Of a stretch of DNA of 64,000 bases, positions 29,601 to 38,838 are shown piece by piece (positions within the stretch are counted from its first letter, which is position 1; each line of letters starts with the position of its first letter). The notes below the pieces were generated by a model. That model had not been told where the DNA came from. It saw nothing but the letters and a program-made list of their open reading frames with translations, and searched no databases. This stretch comes from a virus. The stretch covers positions 104,537-168,536 of the IMG/VR virus record IMGVR_UViG_3300010430_000004; one strand, written 5' to 3'. A program made the position numbers and the translations under genes.

Positions 29601-30320
29601 GGTGTGTTGGATTCTTTGTTTGATCCTAATACTCAGCCATTAGATAAGCTACAAATAATTGCTGACTTGTTTGAAGAGAGAAAGTTTTATAAAAAGGTTC
29701 AGGACAAGGCTGATTCTCTTAATATAAAACTAACAAGAGAAGCTTTAAATTCTGCTGATCAACTTTATGAATTTGCTCAAGGAACTGAAGGACTTCACAG
29801 ATTAGCACCTGTTAAAAAAGGCACTCTTGATCAGAAGTATTCCTTCTTATCCAGCCTAGAGGACTTTAAACTTAAAAAGAGTATTCTGCCAAGTATGCCT
29901 ATTAGTCTGATGGATGCTTTGCTTGAAATGAAAAATGACAAGATTCACGACACTAAGGATTCAAGAACAGGGTCTAGATATTGCGGCATAAACAGCAGGG
30001 GCAGAGAAACCCCAATCATAAATGGCAAACGAATGAGAATGCTTGATGAGAGAATAATAAAGAAAGACTTTTACTTTGCTGTACCTGTGTATATACATGA
30101 AGCAAAGACTTTCGATTATTCTGGTGGAAGAAAAAAAGCACTAAAAATTATAGTTGATGCTGATGGCTATATTTCAGAAAAAGTACTCTGGCCAAACTAC
30201 GAGTCTCAGGAACTGGAATATCCAGAAAATTTGAAAAAGGGAGCAACAGCTCTTATGTTCTTTTCAAAAAAAGAAGACTCGCCCTACACAAACATCAATG
30301 ATATCTATGTGATAGAGTAA
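26670..30320 (+). CDS. dnaE: DNA polymerase III alpha subunit (family C)
   Basis: PHP HTH/TDH, GPSRGSAGG, LPDVDVD, SRHASA, KYDFL, RPGP, YGFS..H. Confidence 0.95.
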   Translation: MSPMKSFISPHTHCETSMTGSTIAKMVKRAVELERSHFSYTDHNTFSGLYKAYNASKESGLGFVPGVELYFMDNQCETIANTDSQFFKYFKTTVYFKDQEAFQAVANITRRERPTSDIRGEQQKLYNWQDLKDIAELNTVFATSDMQDLISKNLIVGNTKSALNTYKKLVNIVGKDRLYVSIIAHKVDRTWLRKVKVTLFNGTELMLDDNDKVDSNSFKNVNPMELHTHSNKHHTIKSMTINGVFYNVNQRVEKTEPTEDFYPIDGDLDLQKRSNKFMYMLAKKFDLKCLVSDYAYFAEKDDKVVQNMKLETTKFAADYCMLNNEEVIDYMTNVLGITIKDAEEMMANTLSFANQFNDFKLEYDYRLPEVGGDAYQKTLEIIKSTGRAHLLKDPVYRDRLKHEFKILKDNGILDLLPYFLPIRDVLNYYKDQGELTGPSRGSAGGCLLMYLMGITQLDPIPYDLPFERFFSMDRIENNNLPDVDVDLPHRELLVGDDGYLTRVYGNKWAQVSTRSLLKIKSAIKDVSRYVNGGKVTEEAEKISKALPAPPQGVSGPDAVFGFEDSSGAHVPGLLEQSDTLQEYALANPRDWNIITHALGVPRQISRHASAFIIADQDLNELVPMMSIKEANRVTQWEAGEVEAAGLIKYDFLCVSQLKDIGDCLKYVNEKNKDAFTAGTFTHKDVETYIWNLPVDLEAYAAFYEGNTETVFQCNTKSMLPFVKRIKPKNIMDLATILALVRPGPLDFIDPKTNRSMAEEYMWRREGRSQPDIKELAELLPDTYGIIVFQEDITKIASKLAGFSGPDAENLRKFMCKKKKKAMMMMKPAFVEGAVNNGHTEEVANAIWDQMETFAAYGFSIIHSVGYAMITYACVFLKHNYPLEWWASVLSNAKDKEINEELWKYVKDMVASPDINLSKEHIVIDYKNNKLRSKLSMITGLGEKAIQPIMEGRPYKDIRDFVDKEVCGMSMTNKLAYIGVLDSLFDPNTQPLDKLQIIADLFEERKFYKKVQDKADSLNIKLTREALNSADQLYEFAQGTEGLHRLAPVKKGTLDQKYSFLSSLEDFKLKKSILPSMPISLMDALLEMKNDKIHDTKDSRTGSRYCGINSRGRETPIINGKRMRMLDERIIKKDFYFAVPVYIHEAKTFDYSGGRKKALKIIVDADGYISEKVLWPNYESQELEYPENLKKGATALMFFSKKEDSPYTNINDIYVIE

Positions 30321-30340
30321 ATTTTACTTAAAAATTTTAT

Positions 30341-30369
30341 TAGCATTTTTCAACAATCTATGTTATATT
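30341..30369 (+). promoter_or_regulatory. class I promoter
   Basis: TAGCAT-17-TATATT. Confidence 0.8.
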
Positions 30370-30388
30370 AAAAGAAATAGGAGGCTTT

Positions 30389-30553
30389 ATGCCAACACTA
30401 ATTGCTAGTATTATTAATTTTTTTAAAGTACCTGTAGTATTGGGTGCTGCTATTTATCTTAAATATGGAATGCCCATGTTTGCTGATTACTTATTTGTAG
30501 TAGCTGGCGTTTGGATGGTTCTTGGTTTAATTAAATGGATTAGAGGAGAGTAA
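30389..30553 (+). CDS. small membrane protein (54 aa, not in ORF track)
   Basis: AGGAGG RBS directly after promoter; MPTLIASIINFFKVPVVLGAA... Confidence 0.7.
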   Translation: MPTLIASIINFFKVPVVLGAAIYLKYGMPMFADYLFVVAGVWMVLGLIKWIRGE

Positions 30554-30554
30554 G

Positions 30555-30824
30555 ATGAAATATAATAAAGTAAAAATGAATGAATACTGTAGCTACCACA
30601 GCAAGACTATTACCTATACTAACGATAAAGGTCGTAGAATACAAGAAGAAAGCGTGGTAATTAAATGTGACCCTTGCAAACACGCTGATGCGATTGTTAG
30701 AGCTAACGGACAAGAGTATGGCCTTAGAATGATTGCTTCTGCTGCCCATAATGCTCCAAAGGGTTCTTTTTGGAAAAACTGCCACGGCTATGCCAAGAGA
30801 AAGTATTCGGCAAAGGCTTCATAA
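30555..30824 (+). CDS. hypothetical protein
   Basis: GGAG RBS; Cys/His rich. Confidence 0.65.
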   Translation: MKYNKVKMNEYCSYHSKTITYTNDKGRRIQEESVVIKCDPCKHADAIVRANGQEYGLRMIASAAHNAPKGSFWKNCHGYAKRKYSAKAS

Positions 30825-31642
30825 TGATTGAAACACGCCGCCACAAAAAGATAGCTTTTATAACAGATATTCATGGTTCTCAAGCAACTCTTGAAGCTTT
30901 GTTAAAAAAGATCCCAAAGGACTATACCATCGTTGGCGGTGGAGATCTTATTGATCGTGGAAAACGTTCAAGAGAAGTTGTTCAAATGTTTATAGATAAT
31001 GATTGGCCCTGTGTTATGGGCAATCACGATTTTTTTATGACTGATGAGCGTAATCCAAGATTTTGGAAAGCTCGCCATTCCTTGTGGTGGGCCAATGGTG
31101 GAAAATCTACTATCAGAAGTTATGGTGGAAAGTGGAAGATTCAAAACGATACAGATCATAGGCAAATCTTCCAAGAACACAGAGCTTGGATGAGGGCGCT
31201 TCCCATAGTGATAAAATTTCCAAATATAAAGATCAATGGTAGAGAAGTGTGGGTTTCCCATTCTCCTCTAGATAGGTCTATGGAAATAGCCATGACTTCT
31301 GAAATTCTTGAAAAAGTTTTAAAGACTTGTGACAGAGAGTACGCGCTTACTCAACCAAATTCCCCTGAAGGTTTAATTGTTCAAAATGCTTTTTGGAGAC
31401 ACTGGGATGATGGAATAGTAACCAAAGAAAATAAAAGACCCAAGGGTTATCCCAAGGATAATTTTCCATTCTTTAACGTAACAGGCCATACTACTCTGTT
31501 TGATGTTCATATAGATGAACACTTTGCTTGCGTAGATACTGGCTCTTATTATCCAGACGGCAAAATGTCTGCTTTACTGTTGCCTGAAATGACGGTAATT
31601 GAGCAGGAACCTATTGAAGATACTTATCTTTACAAAAAATAA
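30824..31642 (+). CDS. PPP-family Ser/Thr protein phosphatase (lambda NinI/PrpA-like)
   Basis: TDIHG, GDLIDRG, MGNHD, W..NGG..T, GHT, DTG. Confidence 0.88.
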   Translation: MIETRRHKKIAFITDIHGSQATLEALLKKIPKDYTIVGGGDLIDRGKRSREVVQMFIDNDWPCVMGNHDFFMTDERNPRFWKARHSLWWANGGKSTIRSYGGKWKIQNDTDHRQIFQEHRAWMRALPIVIKFPNIKINGREVWVSHSPLDRSMEIAMTSEILEKVLKTCDREYALTQPNSPEGLIVQNAFWRHWDDGIVTKENKRPKGYPKDNFPFFNVTGHTTLFDVHIDEHFACVDTGSYYPDGKMSALLLPEMTVIEQEPIEDTYLYKK

Positions 31643-31652
31643 TAAAAAATAC

Positions 31653-31681
31653 TAGCATTTTTTTATTTTTCATGTTATATT
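31653..31681 (+). promoter_or_regulatory. class I promoter
   Basis: TAGCAT-17-TATATT. Confidence 0.85.
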
Positions 31682-31699
31682 AAAATAACTGGAGGATTT

Positions 31700-32629
31700 A
31701 TGAAAAATATACTGATTCTACTTTTTATGGTTTTTATGTTGAGTCATTTCGCCAAAGCTGAGACTATTAAAATAGCAGTCATTGACACTGGCTTTGATTT
31801 TAAATCTGAATGGGGTCCAAATAAACATGGGCTTGTTAAGCCTAAATTTTGTGTAGCAGATTCTAAAAAGGGAATTTACACTCATAGAGATTTTGTTCTA
31901 GAAGAATTAATGAGACCTGAATTTGAAGAATTGAAAGCACTGCTTAAATCTCCTAACCCAGATGGAGATAGGGTAATGGCCCTTTCTGTTGGTCACAATA
32001 TCAGGAGAAGATCATTGGCTCAAGATAATCATGGACATGGCACCCACGTTGCTGGTATTATAGCTAAAGAACTAAAAGACGTAGACTATTGCATGATCAT
32101 TCTTAAATATTTTGATCCCAATTCTGCTACTAACAATTTGAAAAATACCATAAAGGCTTTTAAATATGCTGTATCTTTAAATGTAGACTATATTAATTAC
32201 AGTGGTGGAGGTTTAGAATACTCTCAAGAAGAAAAAAATATTGTCATGGAGGCACTTAAAAAGGGCATAAAAGTTGTCACTGCTGCTGGTAACGAAAGAA
32301 CAAATAGTGACGTTAATAAGTATTACCCTGCTCAATATGACCCTAGAATAATAAATGTGGGAAACAGATGCATTGAGTGCGATGGTGGATATATTGAAGG
32401 AAAAGACAGATTTGGTAAGACTATAAAAATTTCAAGTAGTAGCAATTATGGAAACTCTATAGACTATTATGAAATTGGTGAAAAAGTTATTAGCTTGTAT
32501 CCAAACAATGGATACGGCCCAATGACTGGTACAAGTCAAGCAACACCCAAGGCTTTGGCTAAAGAAGTAAAAAGAGACATTCTTCGTAAAAAGATTGAAT
32601 TTTACGAAAAGACAAAAAACATAATCTAA
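31700..32629 (+). CDS. secreted S8 (subtilisin-like) serine protease
   Basis: Signal peptide; IAVIDTG, HGTHVAG, AAGNE, GTSQATP. Confidence 0.93.
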   Translation: MKNILILLFMVFMLSHFAKAETIKIAVIDTGFDFKSEWGPNKHGLVKPKFCVADSKKGIYTHRDFVLEELMRPEFEELKALLKSPNPDGDRVMALSVGHNIRRRSLAQDNHGHGTHVAGIIAKELKDVDYCMIILKYFDPNSATNNLKNTIKAFKYAVSLNVDYINYSGGGLEYSQEEKNIVMEALKKGIKVVTAAGNERTNSDVNKYYPAQYDPRIINVGNRCIECDGGYIEGKDRFGKTIKISSSSNYGNSIDYYEIGEKVISLYPNNGYGPMTGTSQATPKALAKEVKRDILRKKIEFYEKTKNII

Positions 32630-32655
32630 CGATATTATGTAATGAAGGAGTTTTT

Positions 32656-32892
32656 ATGAGAAAACAATTATTGGATACTATAGAACACTCTGAACACCTT
32701 AAAGTGAAAATGTTGATTAGCACCGATGAAACTACTCTTTTTGCTCATATTAATTATGACGATGGAAAACAAAAAGCCACCATTGAAAAGGGCTTTAGAA
32801 ACAACATACTAGGTGTAAAGGCTATGGATAGCTTTATCGACAAGATGGTAGATAACGATGGAATACTTGATTATTTTAATTTGAGGAAATAA
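32656..32892 (+). CDS. hypothetical protein
   Basis: AGGAG RBS; CGATATT upstream. Confidence 0.7.
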   Translation: MRKQLLDTIEHSEHLKVKMLISTDETTLFAHINYDDGKQKATIEKGFRNNILGVKAMDSFIDKMVDNDGILDYFNLRK

Positions 32893-32907
32893 ACTAAAGG
32901 GGCAATA

Positions 32908-33678
32908 ATGCTTAAGCAAATATTAGAAGAAATTAAATCAAATAAAGAAATGGCTGCTCGTGATCCAGAAAGCGTACCGCAAGAGATTGCTGCCGCTGCT
33001 CGTGGAGACATTCGTAGAGCTAAAGAAAACCTTAAAGGTCTTTATTTTAAATATAAAAACGAACTTCAAAAAAGAATCATCTTTATTATGGTTAATGGTA
33101 AGTCTTCAAAAAAGTTTGCTCAAACCATGACTAAAAATTATCCAGGGGTAGATTTTAATGCTGAAGATTTTTACCAAAAGATAGTAGATCAAATTGACCC
33201 TCAGAACTATACAAATAGAACGTTAAGCAATTCTGTTGTTGACATTCTTAACGCTGTAGTAGATAACAGATGTCTTGAAATCGGAGTAAGTGGTCGTCCA
33301 GCTTTGCTATATAAAGAAGAATACAACACCTTGTTAGAAACTAAGGAAGACCTAGTTAACGTTTTTTCTAGAATGTTAAACGATCAAGTTGGTGGAGAAT
33401 TTGTTGGAATTGACTACCTTGATCAAGCAACAACTAAAGCAGTGACTGAAGGTTTTTCAGGTAAAGTTTTACCAATCGTTGTTCATTCTCAAAACGTAGA
33501 ACTTTTAGAGTCTTTGGGCAAAGACTTTTATGAAAAACTTACACCAAATGTTTTTACAATAACCGCTGGAATTGCTTCTAAAGAAGTTTCCGAAAAATCA
33601 ACCCTAACTGTAACAGGCAAAATAACTAAAACCAGTATCGAAAAAGCGATCAAACAAATTAAAGCCGAATTGCGATAA
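32908..33678 (+). CDS. hypothetical protein (possible degenerate NMP-kinase-like fold)
   Basis: 256 aa; IIFIMVNGKSSKKFA lacks a canonical Walker A. Confidence 0.7.
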   Translation: MLKQILEEIKSNKEMAARDPESVPQEIAAAARGDIRRAKENLKGLYFKYKNELQKRIIFIMVNGKSSKKFAQTMTKNYPGVDFNAEDFYQKIVDQIDPQNYTNRTLSNSVVDILNAVVDNRCLEIGVSGRPALLYKEEYNTLLETKEDLVNVFSRMLNDQVGGEFVGIDYLDQATTKAVTEGFSGKVLPIVVHSQNVELLESLGKDFYEKLTPNVFTITAGIASKEVSEKSTLTVTGKITKTSIEKAIKQIKAELR

Positions 33679-33699
33679 TTAAAATAAAAGGAGAATATA

Positions 33700-34776
33700 A
33701 TGAGTAGACCAGCTATTGGAAAATCAAACCTAAGTGGTGAGTATGTAAGAAAGAAATACTTTTCTTGCAAAGATGGAAATAACATTTACCGAATCCTACC
33801 AGCAATGTTTAATCTTGCTACTACTGGAGAGTGGAGTAAATTTTACAGAGTAGAGTTTGGATATAAAAATTCAGATAATCGAATGAAACCTTTTCTTTCG
33901 CCTCGTAGAGTAAACAAAGATAAGATGGTTGAAGTTGAATCAGCTGCTCATGTTTACCGTCAAGAGCTTAAGGCAGAGACTGAAGCTTTAAAAGCCTCTA
34001 TCAAAGAAGGTTTAGAAAACAAAACAATCACTAAGGAAGAAGCTAAAGAAGCTTATGATAACCAAAAAGCAATCAACAAGCGATTTAACCTAGATAGCAA
34101 GCACTACATGAATGTAATCAACGAAGCTGGCGAAATTGGTCAACTTAAAATTCCAAACAGAGCTATGCAAGGTCTTCGTCCACTTCTTAAAGAACTTGAG
34201 CAAAAAGGAATCGATCCACTTAGCGTAGACAATGGTCGTTGGTTTAATTTCCATAGATCTGGTTCTAGTCTAGATACAGTATATACTGTTAGTGTGGTTA
34301 AAGAACAAGTTGAAGTAGAAGGTCACGGTACCCTTGAAAAAGATAAAGTACACGTTCTAAGTGACAGCGTTCTTGATCGTCTAGAAAAAGAAGCTTTCAA
34401 ACTAGATCAACTATTTCCTGCTCCAAGTGCTGAAGAAGTTGAGCGCATTGTAAAAGAAGGACCTAGTGCAGTTGATGAGATTCTTTCTCCTAAAAAGCCT
34501 GCTGCTTCTGAGACTGCTCCTGTAGCTAAACAAGAGCCTGAAGTTCCAGCTGCTCAAAGTGCCGCTGCTACTGTAGAAGCACCAGCTCCTACCCCAAAAG
34601 TAGAAGCAGTTGCTGAAGCTCAAGAACCAGTTATTGAAACTAAGAAACCAGATCTTAACGCTTTAAAAGCTGCTGCTGGTGTTGCACCAACCCCAAAAGC
34701 CGCCGTTGCTCCTACTCCAGCGCCTGCTGCTTCTAATGAAGAGGACGATGACGCATGGATGGACGAGTTTCAGTAA
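33700..34776 (+). CDS. single-stranded DNA-binding protein (gp32-like)
   Basis: YRILPA, G..F...R.G....T.Y core, Pro/Ala linker, acidic-aromatic tail EEDDDAWMDEFQ; replication context. Confidence 0.7.
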   Translation: MSRPAIGKSNLSGEYVRKKYFSCKDGNNIYRILPAMFNLATTGEWSKFYRVEFGYKNSDNRMKPFLSPRRVNKDKMVEVESAAHVYRQELKAETEALKASIKEGLENKTITKEEAKEAYDNQKAINKRFNLDSKHYMNVINEAGEIGQLKIPNRAMQGLRPLLKELEQKGIDPLSVDNGRWFNFHRSGSSLDTVYTVSVVKEQVEVEGHGTLEKDKVHVLSDSVLDRLEKEAFKLDQLFPAPSAEEVERIVKEGPSAVDEILSPKKPAASETAPVAKQEPEVPAAQSAAATVEAPAPTPKVEAVAEAQEPVIETKKPDLNALKAAAGVAPTPKAAVAPTPAPAASNEEDDDAWMDEFQ

Positions 34777-35153
34777 AACAAGTAATAGTTGTCCGTAAGG
34801 ATCTTAAAATGCCTAGTGGTAAGTTAGCTGCGCAAGTAGCTCATGCGTCACTAGGCGCTTTTCTTTGTGGAGTGCCTAAAGATAGAAAAGTTCTTCAAAT
34901 GCCTATAGATGAGTGCAAGCGCATTTGGCTAAATGATGAATTTACCAAGGTTTGCTTAATGGTAAACTCTGAAGAAGAATTACTTGAAATACATAAAATA
35001 ATCAAAGCCAACCTAACTGGTATACCCCATGCACTAATTAAGGATGCTGGACATACAGTATTTAAAGAGCCAACCATCACTTGCCTTGGGATTGGCCCAT
35101 GGTATTCTGATGTTATAGACTCTGTTACTGGGAAACTTAAATTATATAGGTAA
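34755..35153 (+). CDS. pth2: peptidyl-tRNA hydrolase, Pth2 family
   Basis: KQVIVVRKDLKM..GKLAAQVAHAS, DAGHT, TCLGIGP. Confidence 0.93.
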   Translation: MDGRVSVKQVIVVRKDLKMPSGKLAAQVAHASLGAFLCGVPKDRKVLQMPIDECKRIWLNDEFTKVCLMVNSEEELLEIHKIIKANLTGIPHALIKDAGHTVFKEPTITCLGIGPWYSDVIDSVTGKLKLYR

Positions 35154-35155
35154 TT

Positions 35156-35719
35156 ATGTACGAATTTAATGATAGAATTTATGATAAGAAGTGGCAAACC
35201 AAGGAAAATAAGGAATACGCTAAAAAGGCCAAATCTTTTCTAGAACTAAGGGCACCACTTTATTCTCGCGTACCTGATTCTTGGGCTAAGGAAGTTTATG
35301 AATTGCTTATGCTTTGGGAAAAGCAACACGGCATTACCATAACAGATTCTAAATATTTTAACAGCTACGATCATTCTTTTAGTTTTAAAGGTTTAAAAAT
35401 AGCAGTTCTTGCTTATTTTCGATATCTTAAAAAGAAACCTACAAAATTTGATCCAGATAAAAAGCAGGCATTGTGGGATCTCAAAAGAGACCTAGCTATA
35501 TTTACGGTTCTTTTTAGAAAGACCCTTGGAAAACTCATTAATATTCGTAAAAAGCCAGGTATACATATTACTCAATTAAAAGAGAAATATGGTAGACTGG
35601 TCATTTATTGGGAAGCCACTAATAAGCAGGATGAACTATTTATTAAAGACATGGTTAAGTATGATATTAAAAGAGTAAGCGAAGAGCTTACAGCAAAAGG
35701 TGTATATAATAATGAGTAA
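35156..35719 (+). CDS. hypothetical phage protein
   Basis: QLKEKYGRL motif; 187 aa. Confidence 0.7.
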   Translation: MYEFNDRIYDKKWQTKENKEYAKKAKSFLELRAPLYSRVPDSWAKEVYELLMLWEKQHGITITDSKYFNSYDHSFSFKGLKIAVLAYFRYLKKKPTKFDPDKKQALWDLKRDLAIFTVLFRKTLGKLINIRKKPGIHITQLKEKYGRLVIYWEATNKQDELFIKDMVKYDIKRVSEELTAKGVYNNE

Positions 35720-36212
35720 AAAGCTTATAATTCCAGGCCATGGCCACTGTAAACAATTAGAACTGTCTATGGATAAAATTAAAGAAGCACAATCTCGTAC
35801 TCACGAAACTAAAGTAGTTACGCCTGCTACTTATAATGAATTGGAATACGTCTTTAATGAAGCCTACAGAGACGCTATTAAATATATCACTGAAATTAGA
35901 CACGAAAAAACTAAAATTGAAAAAAGTATGCAGGAACGCAAAGCAGATATTATACTGGATATTATACCAAAAATGCTAGCTGACCAACCAAAAAGCAGTA
36001 ACAACGCTGACTTTAGAAACGCCGTTATTGCTCGTGATGAAGAATATCAAAACCATCTAGAGCATCTTAATAAACTTGTTGCCCTTGAAAGCCATTTTGA
36101 AGGCATTGAAGATCACATGACTAGAACTTGTAGGGCCATGAAAAAGTCCATGGATCTAATAATCAGGGCTGGGTATATACCTCCGGTTCAAAATACTGGA
36201 GAAAAACTATGA
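35712..36212 (+). CDS. helical protein, possible UvsY-like recombination mediator
   Basis: Coiled-coil with NADFRNAVIARDEEY; lies between SSB and RecA genes. Confidence 0.5.
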   Translation: MSKKLIIPGHGHCKQLELSMDKIKEAQSRTHETKVVTPATYNELEYVFNEAYRDAIKYITEIRHEKTKIEKSMQERKADIILDIIPKMLADQPKSSNNADFRNAVIARDEEYQNHLEHLNKLVALESHFEGIEDHMTRTCRAMKKSMDLIIRAGYIPPVQNTGEKL

Positions 36213-36553
36213 CTAAAAATTTTGAAAAAGAAGTAGCACTTAGCTACTCAGAATCGGAGTGGAATATTGTTTGTTTAGAACTTACCCATGTACCAACAAA
36301 CACTAAATTTGAAAAGCGTTATGATAAAAAGCTAATAATAGACATGAATATTTACGATGATGCTCTTATGCACTTGTTTAATATAGTACATTCTAAAGGC
36401 GAAGATATCTTAACTTCTGAAGTCTTTCACGAAAGCAACAGATGCGTAAGGCACACTCTTACCTGTGGAACTACAGGCAAGCAAGCAAGTATGGTAGTTA
36501 GTGTGCATGATCTAATCAATATAAAAGAAGCTCTTAGGGAAAAAATTAAATGA
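36209..36553 (+). CDS. hypothetical protein
   Basis: GGAG RBS; ATGA coupling. Confidence 0.65.
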   Translation: MTKNFEKEVALSYSESEWNIVCLELTHVPTNTKFEKRYDKKLIIDMNIYDDALMHLFNIVHSKGEDILTSEVFHESNRCVRHTLTCGTTGKQASMVVSVHDLINIKEALREKIK

Positions 36554-37107
36554 AATACACCTTAGATGATTTGCCTAACATTGAACTTGGAGTTTCTGAG
36601 CGTTTGGAACTTTTTAGAGAAGGTTGTGGCGAAAAAAATAAAATAAAGCTTTTTTGGGAAAAGGGTTGGCTACCTGTTCTTTCTATGTGGGATTATAGAT
36701 GGGAAAAAGATAGAGACTCAGATCTATGTGAATCTATAGCTTTTATAGCAAAGCCTATTAAAATTAAAAAATTAATAAAATCATTCAAGCAAGATCACTG
36801 GGCAGCGATAAACCCAAACTTAGGCGAGCTTCTTAGTGATGTTGAAATAGATTTAAGTAAAGTAACATTTAATCTTAAGAAACACGAAGCTAGCGGTTAC
36901 TACAGTTATACTACGCTTGATCTTTATGAAGAAAGAATGGAAACTGATGAAGAATTTGCTAAAAGAAAAAACCTTCAAGAAGCCTATATAAACAAAACTA
37001 AAAAAGCAGAATTAAAAAGAAAACAAGCAATAGTTGAAGAAGAAAAAGAAAAAGAATTAAAAGAATTAAAAAGGCTTCAAAATAAATACTATGAGGAGAA
37101 TATATGA
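36550..37107 (+). CDS. hypothetical phage protein with C-terminal coiled coil
   Basis: ERMETDEEFAKR...ELKRLQNKY. Confidence 0.7.
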   Translation: MKYTLDDLPNIELGVSERLELFREGCGEKNKIKLFWEKGWLPVLSMWDYRWEKDRDSDLCESIAFIAKPIKIKKLIKSFKQDHWAAINPNLGELLSDVEIDLSKVTFNLKKHEASGYYSYTTLDLYEERMETDEEFAKRKNLQEAYINKTKKAELKRKQAIVEEEKEKELKELKRLQNKYYEENI

Positions 37108-38150
37108 GTACTGGAAAATTTTTAAATCAGCTAAGAAAAATGGAAGGTGCTGTTGACCAAGAATATAATCCGTTTTTAAACGTGATAACTTCTGGTTCAC
37201 CTAGTCTTGATTGGATATATGGCAAAGGCATGGGTCTCCCTCTAGGATATTCTGAGATTCTTTTCGGGCCTCCTAAGTCTGGAAAATCATTATTGACTTA
37301 TATGAAGGCTGGTGCCTTGCATCAATCAGACCCTGAAGCTATTGTTATTAAATTTAATACTGAAATGCGTGAAGGTGGACAGTTAGCTCCTTATTGGGGT
37401 ATTGACCCTGAGCGTTATATAGCCTTTGACGTTAACGAACCTGAACTTATTTTTAACAGGTTAGTAAACGATATCTTGCCAATGGTTCAAGGTGGATTGC
37501 CTGTTAAATATATTATTATTGATTCCATTCAAGGTATTCGTGGATTAAAAGAACTTAACAGCAATGACGTATCTCAGCATCTTATCGGAGATCACGCTCA
37601 AACTGTTCAAAAAGGTTTGAAGATGATTCTTCCAATGCTTCGTAGAAATAAGATTGCATTGACCTGTACTGCTCATGTAAGAGCAAACGTAGATATTGGT
37701 CCAGGTGGAAAAGGGCCATCAACTAAGATGGGTGGAGCGTGGGCTCTTAAGCATTTTGCTGAGTACTTTGTAAGCGTAAATCGTGCAGCTGCTAAGGATG
37801 ATAAGGTAGATATTGCTGGTAAGAAGTTTGAGAAAGATGACACTAAGGATCTTAGAGGAAATAAAGAACAATATGGACATAAGATTTGGGTTAAAATGGA
37901 AGAGTCTTCTGTAGGAGTGGCTGGTCGAGCTGGTCAATTTACTCTTAGCTATGATGAAGGTTTGATCAACACCGATGAGGAAATTTTTAAACTAGGAAAT
38001 GCTTATAACCTTATTGAACAAGCCGGAGCGTATTTTACCATTAATGGCCAAAAATTCCAAGGTAGAGCAAACGCTGCAATGGCTTTAAGAGAAGATAAAG
38101 ATCTTCAAGATTCCATTATGAAGGTTGTTCGTGAAAACAACAAAGGATAA
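37104..38150 (+). CDS. recA: RecA/UvsX-like recombinase
   Basis: GSPSLD, GPPKSGKS Walker A, IIIDSI Walker B, GGAWALKH, QAGAYF. Confidence 0.92.
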   Translation: MSTGKFLNQLRKMEGAVDQEYNPFLNVITSGSPSLDWIYGKGMGLPLGYSEILFGPPKSGKSLLTYMKAGALHQSDPEAIVIKFNTEMREGGQLAPYWGIDPERYIAFDVNEPELIFNRLVNDILPMVQGGLPVKYIIIDSIQGIRGLKELNSNDVSQHLIGDHAQTVQKGLKMILPMLRRNKIALTCTAHVRANVDIGPGGKGPSTKMGGAWALKHFAEYFVSVNRAAAKDDKVDIAGKKFEKDDTKDLRGNKEQYGHKIWVKMEESSVGVAGRAGQFTLSYDEGLINTDEEIFKLGNAYNLIEQAGAYFTINGQKFQGRANAAMALREDKDLQDSIMKVVRENNKG

Positions 38151-38342
38151 TTGGAAAAATTACTGTGCTAAAGAAGACATGGCAGGGGTTTGCTTAACCA
38201 AAGACAAACCTGCAATGTCTAAGGCTTTTAAAAAACTATCAATTTATGAATGGGCTGGACAACTAGTTTGCCCTAACCCTAGAGAAGTAGCAATGAGACA
38301 AATGGTTATTGATCCTTTTTGGTACTCTTTTAGAAAGGATAA

Positions 38343-38555
38343 ATGATGTGCATGATGTGTGTTGAAATCATTAACGAGAGAATGAGAATGGAAGAAGCTA
38401 TGCGCAATGTAGGTGAACTTATTCGTTCTGCTAAAGACTATGAAGAATTCGAACACTATACAGAGCTTTCTGAGGCCATTTTAACCGATGATGATGAAAA
38501 ATTAAAAAAAGTACTAGATAAAGGAACAGATAATGGAAATAAAAGAACATCTTGA
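38343..38555 (+). CDS. hypothetical protein
   Basis: AGGA RBS; MCMMC N-terminus. Confidence 0.6.
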   Translation: MMCMMCVEIINERMRMEEAMRNVGELIRSAKDYEEFEHYTELSEAILTDDDEKLKKVLDKGTDNGNKRTS

Positions 38556-38829
38556 ACTTCTTGATAAGAAGTTTGAAAAAGTTAGAAAAGCTATTATTGA
38601 ACAACACAGTAGAATAGATCCTATACAAAATGAGCTATTAGGAAATAGGAATGAATATCATATAATGATGGAAGCTCTTAAACAGCAAAATCAGAGAATG
38701 CAAAAAGTAGAAAGTGAAAATAAGCTCATTTTACAAACACTGAAAACTTTATCGACTCAAAACGAGAAAAAAGGACTAGCATATTTTCTAAAATCATGTT
38801 ATACTAAATTTGTGAACATTTTTTCATAA
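38533..38829 (+). CDS. coiled-coil hypothetical protein
   Basis: AGGA RBS. Confidence 0.6.
   Translation: MEIKEHLELLDKKFEKVRKAIIEQHSRIDPIQNELLGNRNEYHIMMEALKQQNQRMQKVESENKLILQTLKTLSTQNEKKGLAYFLKSCYTKFVNIFS
38777..38805 (+). promoter_or_regulatory. class I promoter embedded in upstream CDS
   Basis: TAGCAT-17-TATACT with CATGT. Confidence 0.8.
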
Positions 38830-38838
38830 GGAGAGTAT

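Noticed and set aside
32908-33678. Active nucleotide kinase
   Set aside because: The putative P-loop lacks the GxxxxGK(S/T) consensus, so it is left as hypothetical.
36209-36553. Peptide release factor homolog suggested by LTHVPT
   Set aside because: No GGQ motif, and the similarity is limited to a few residues.
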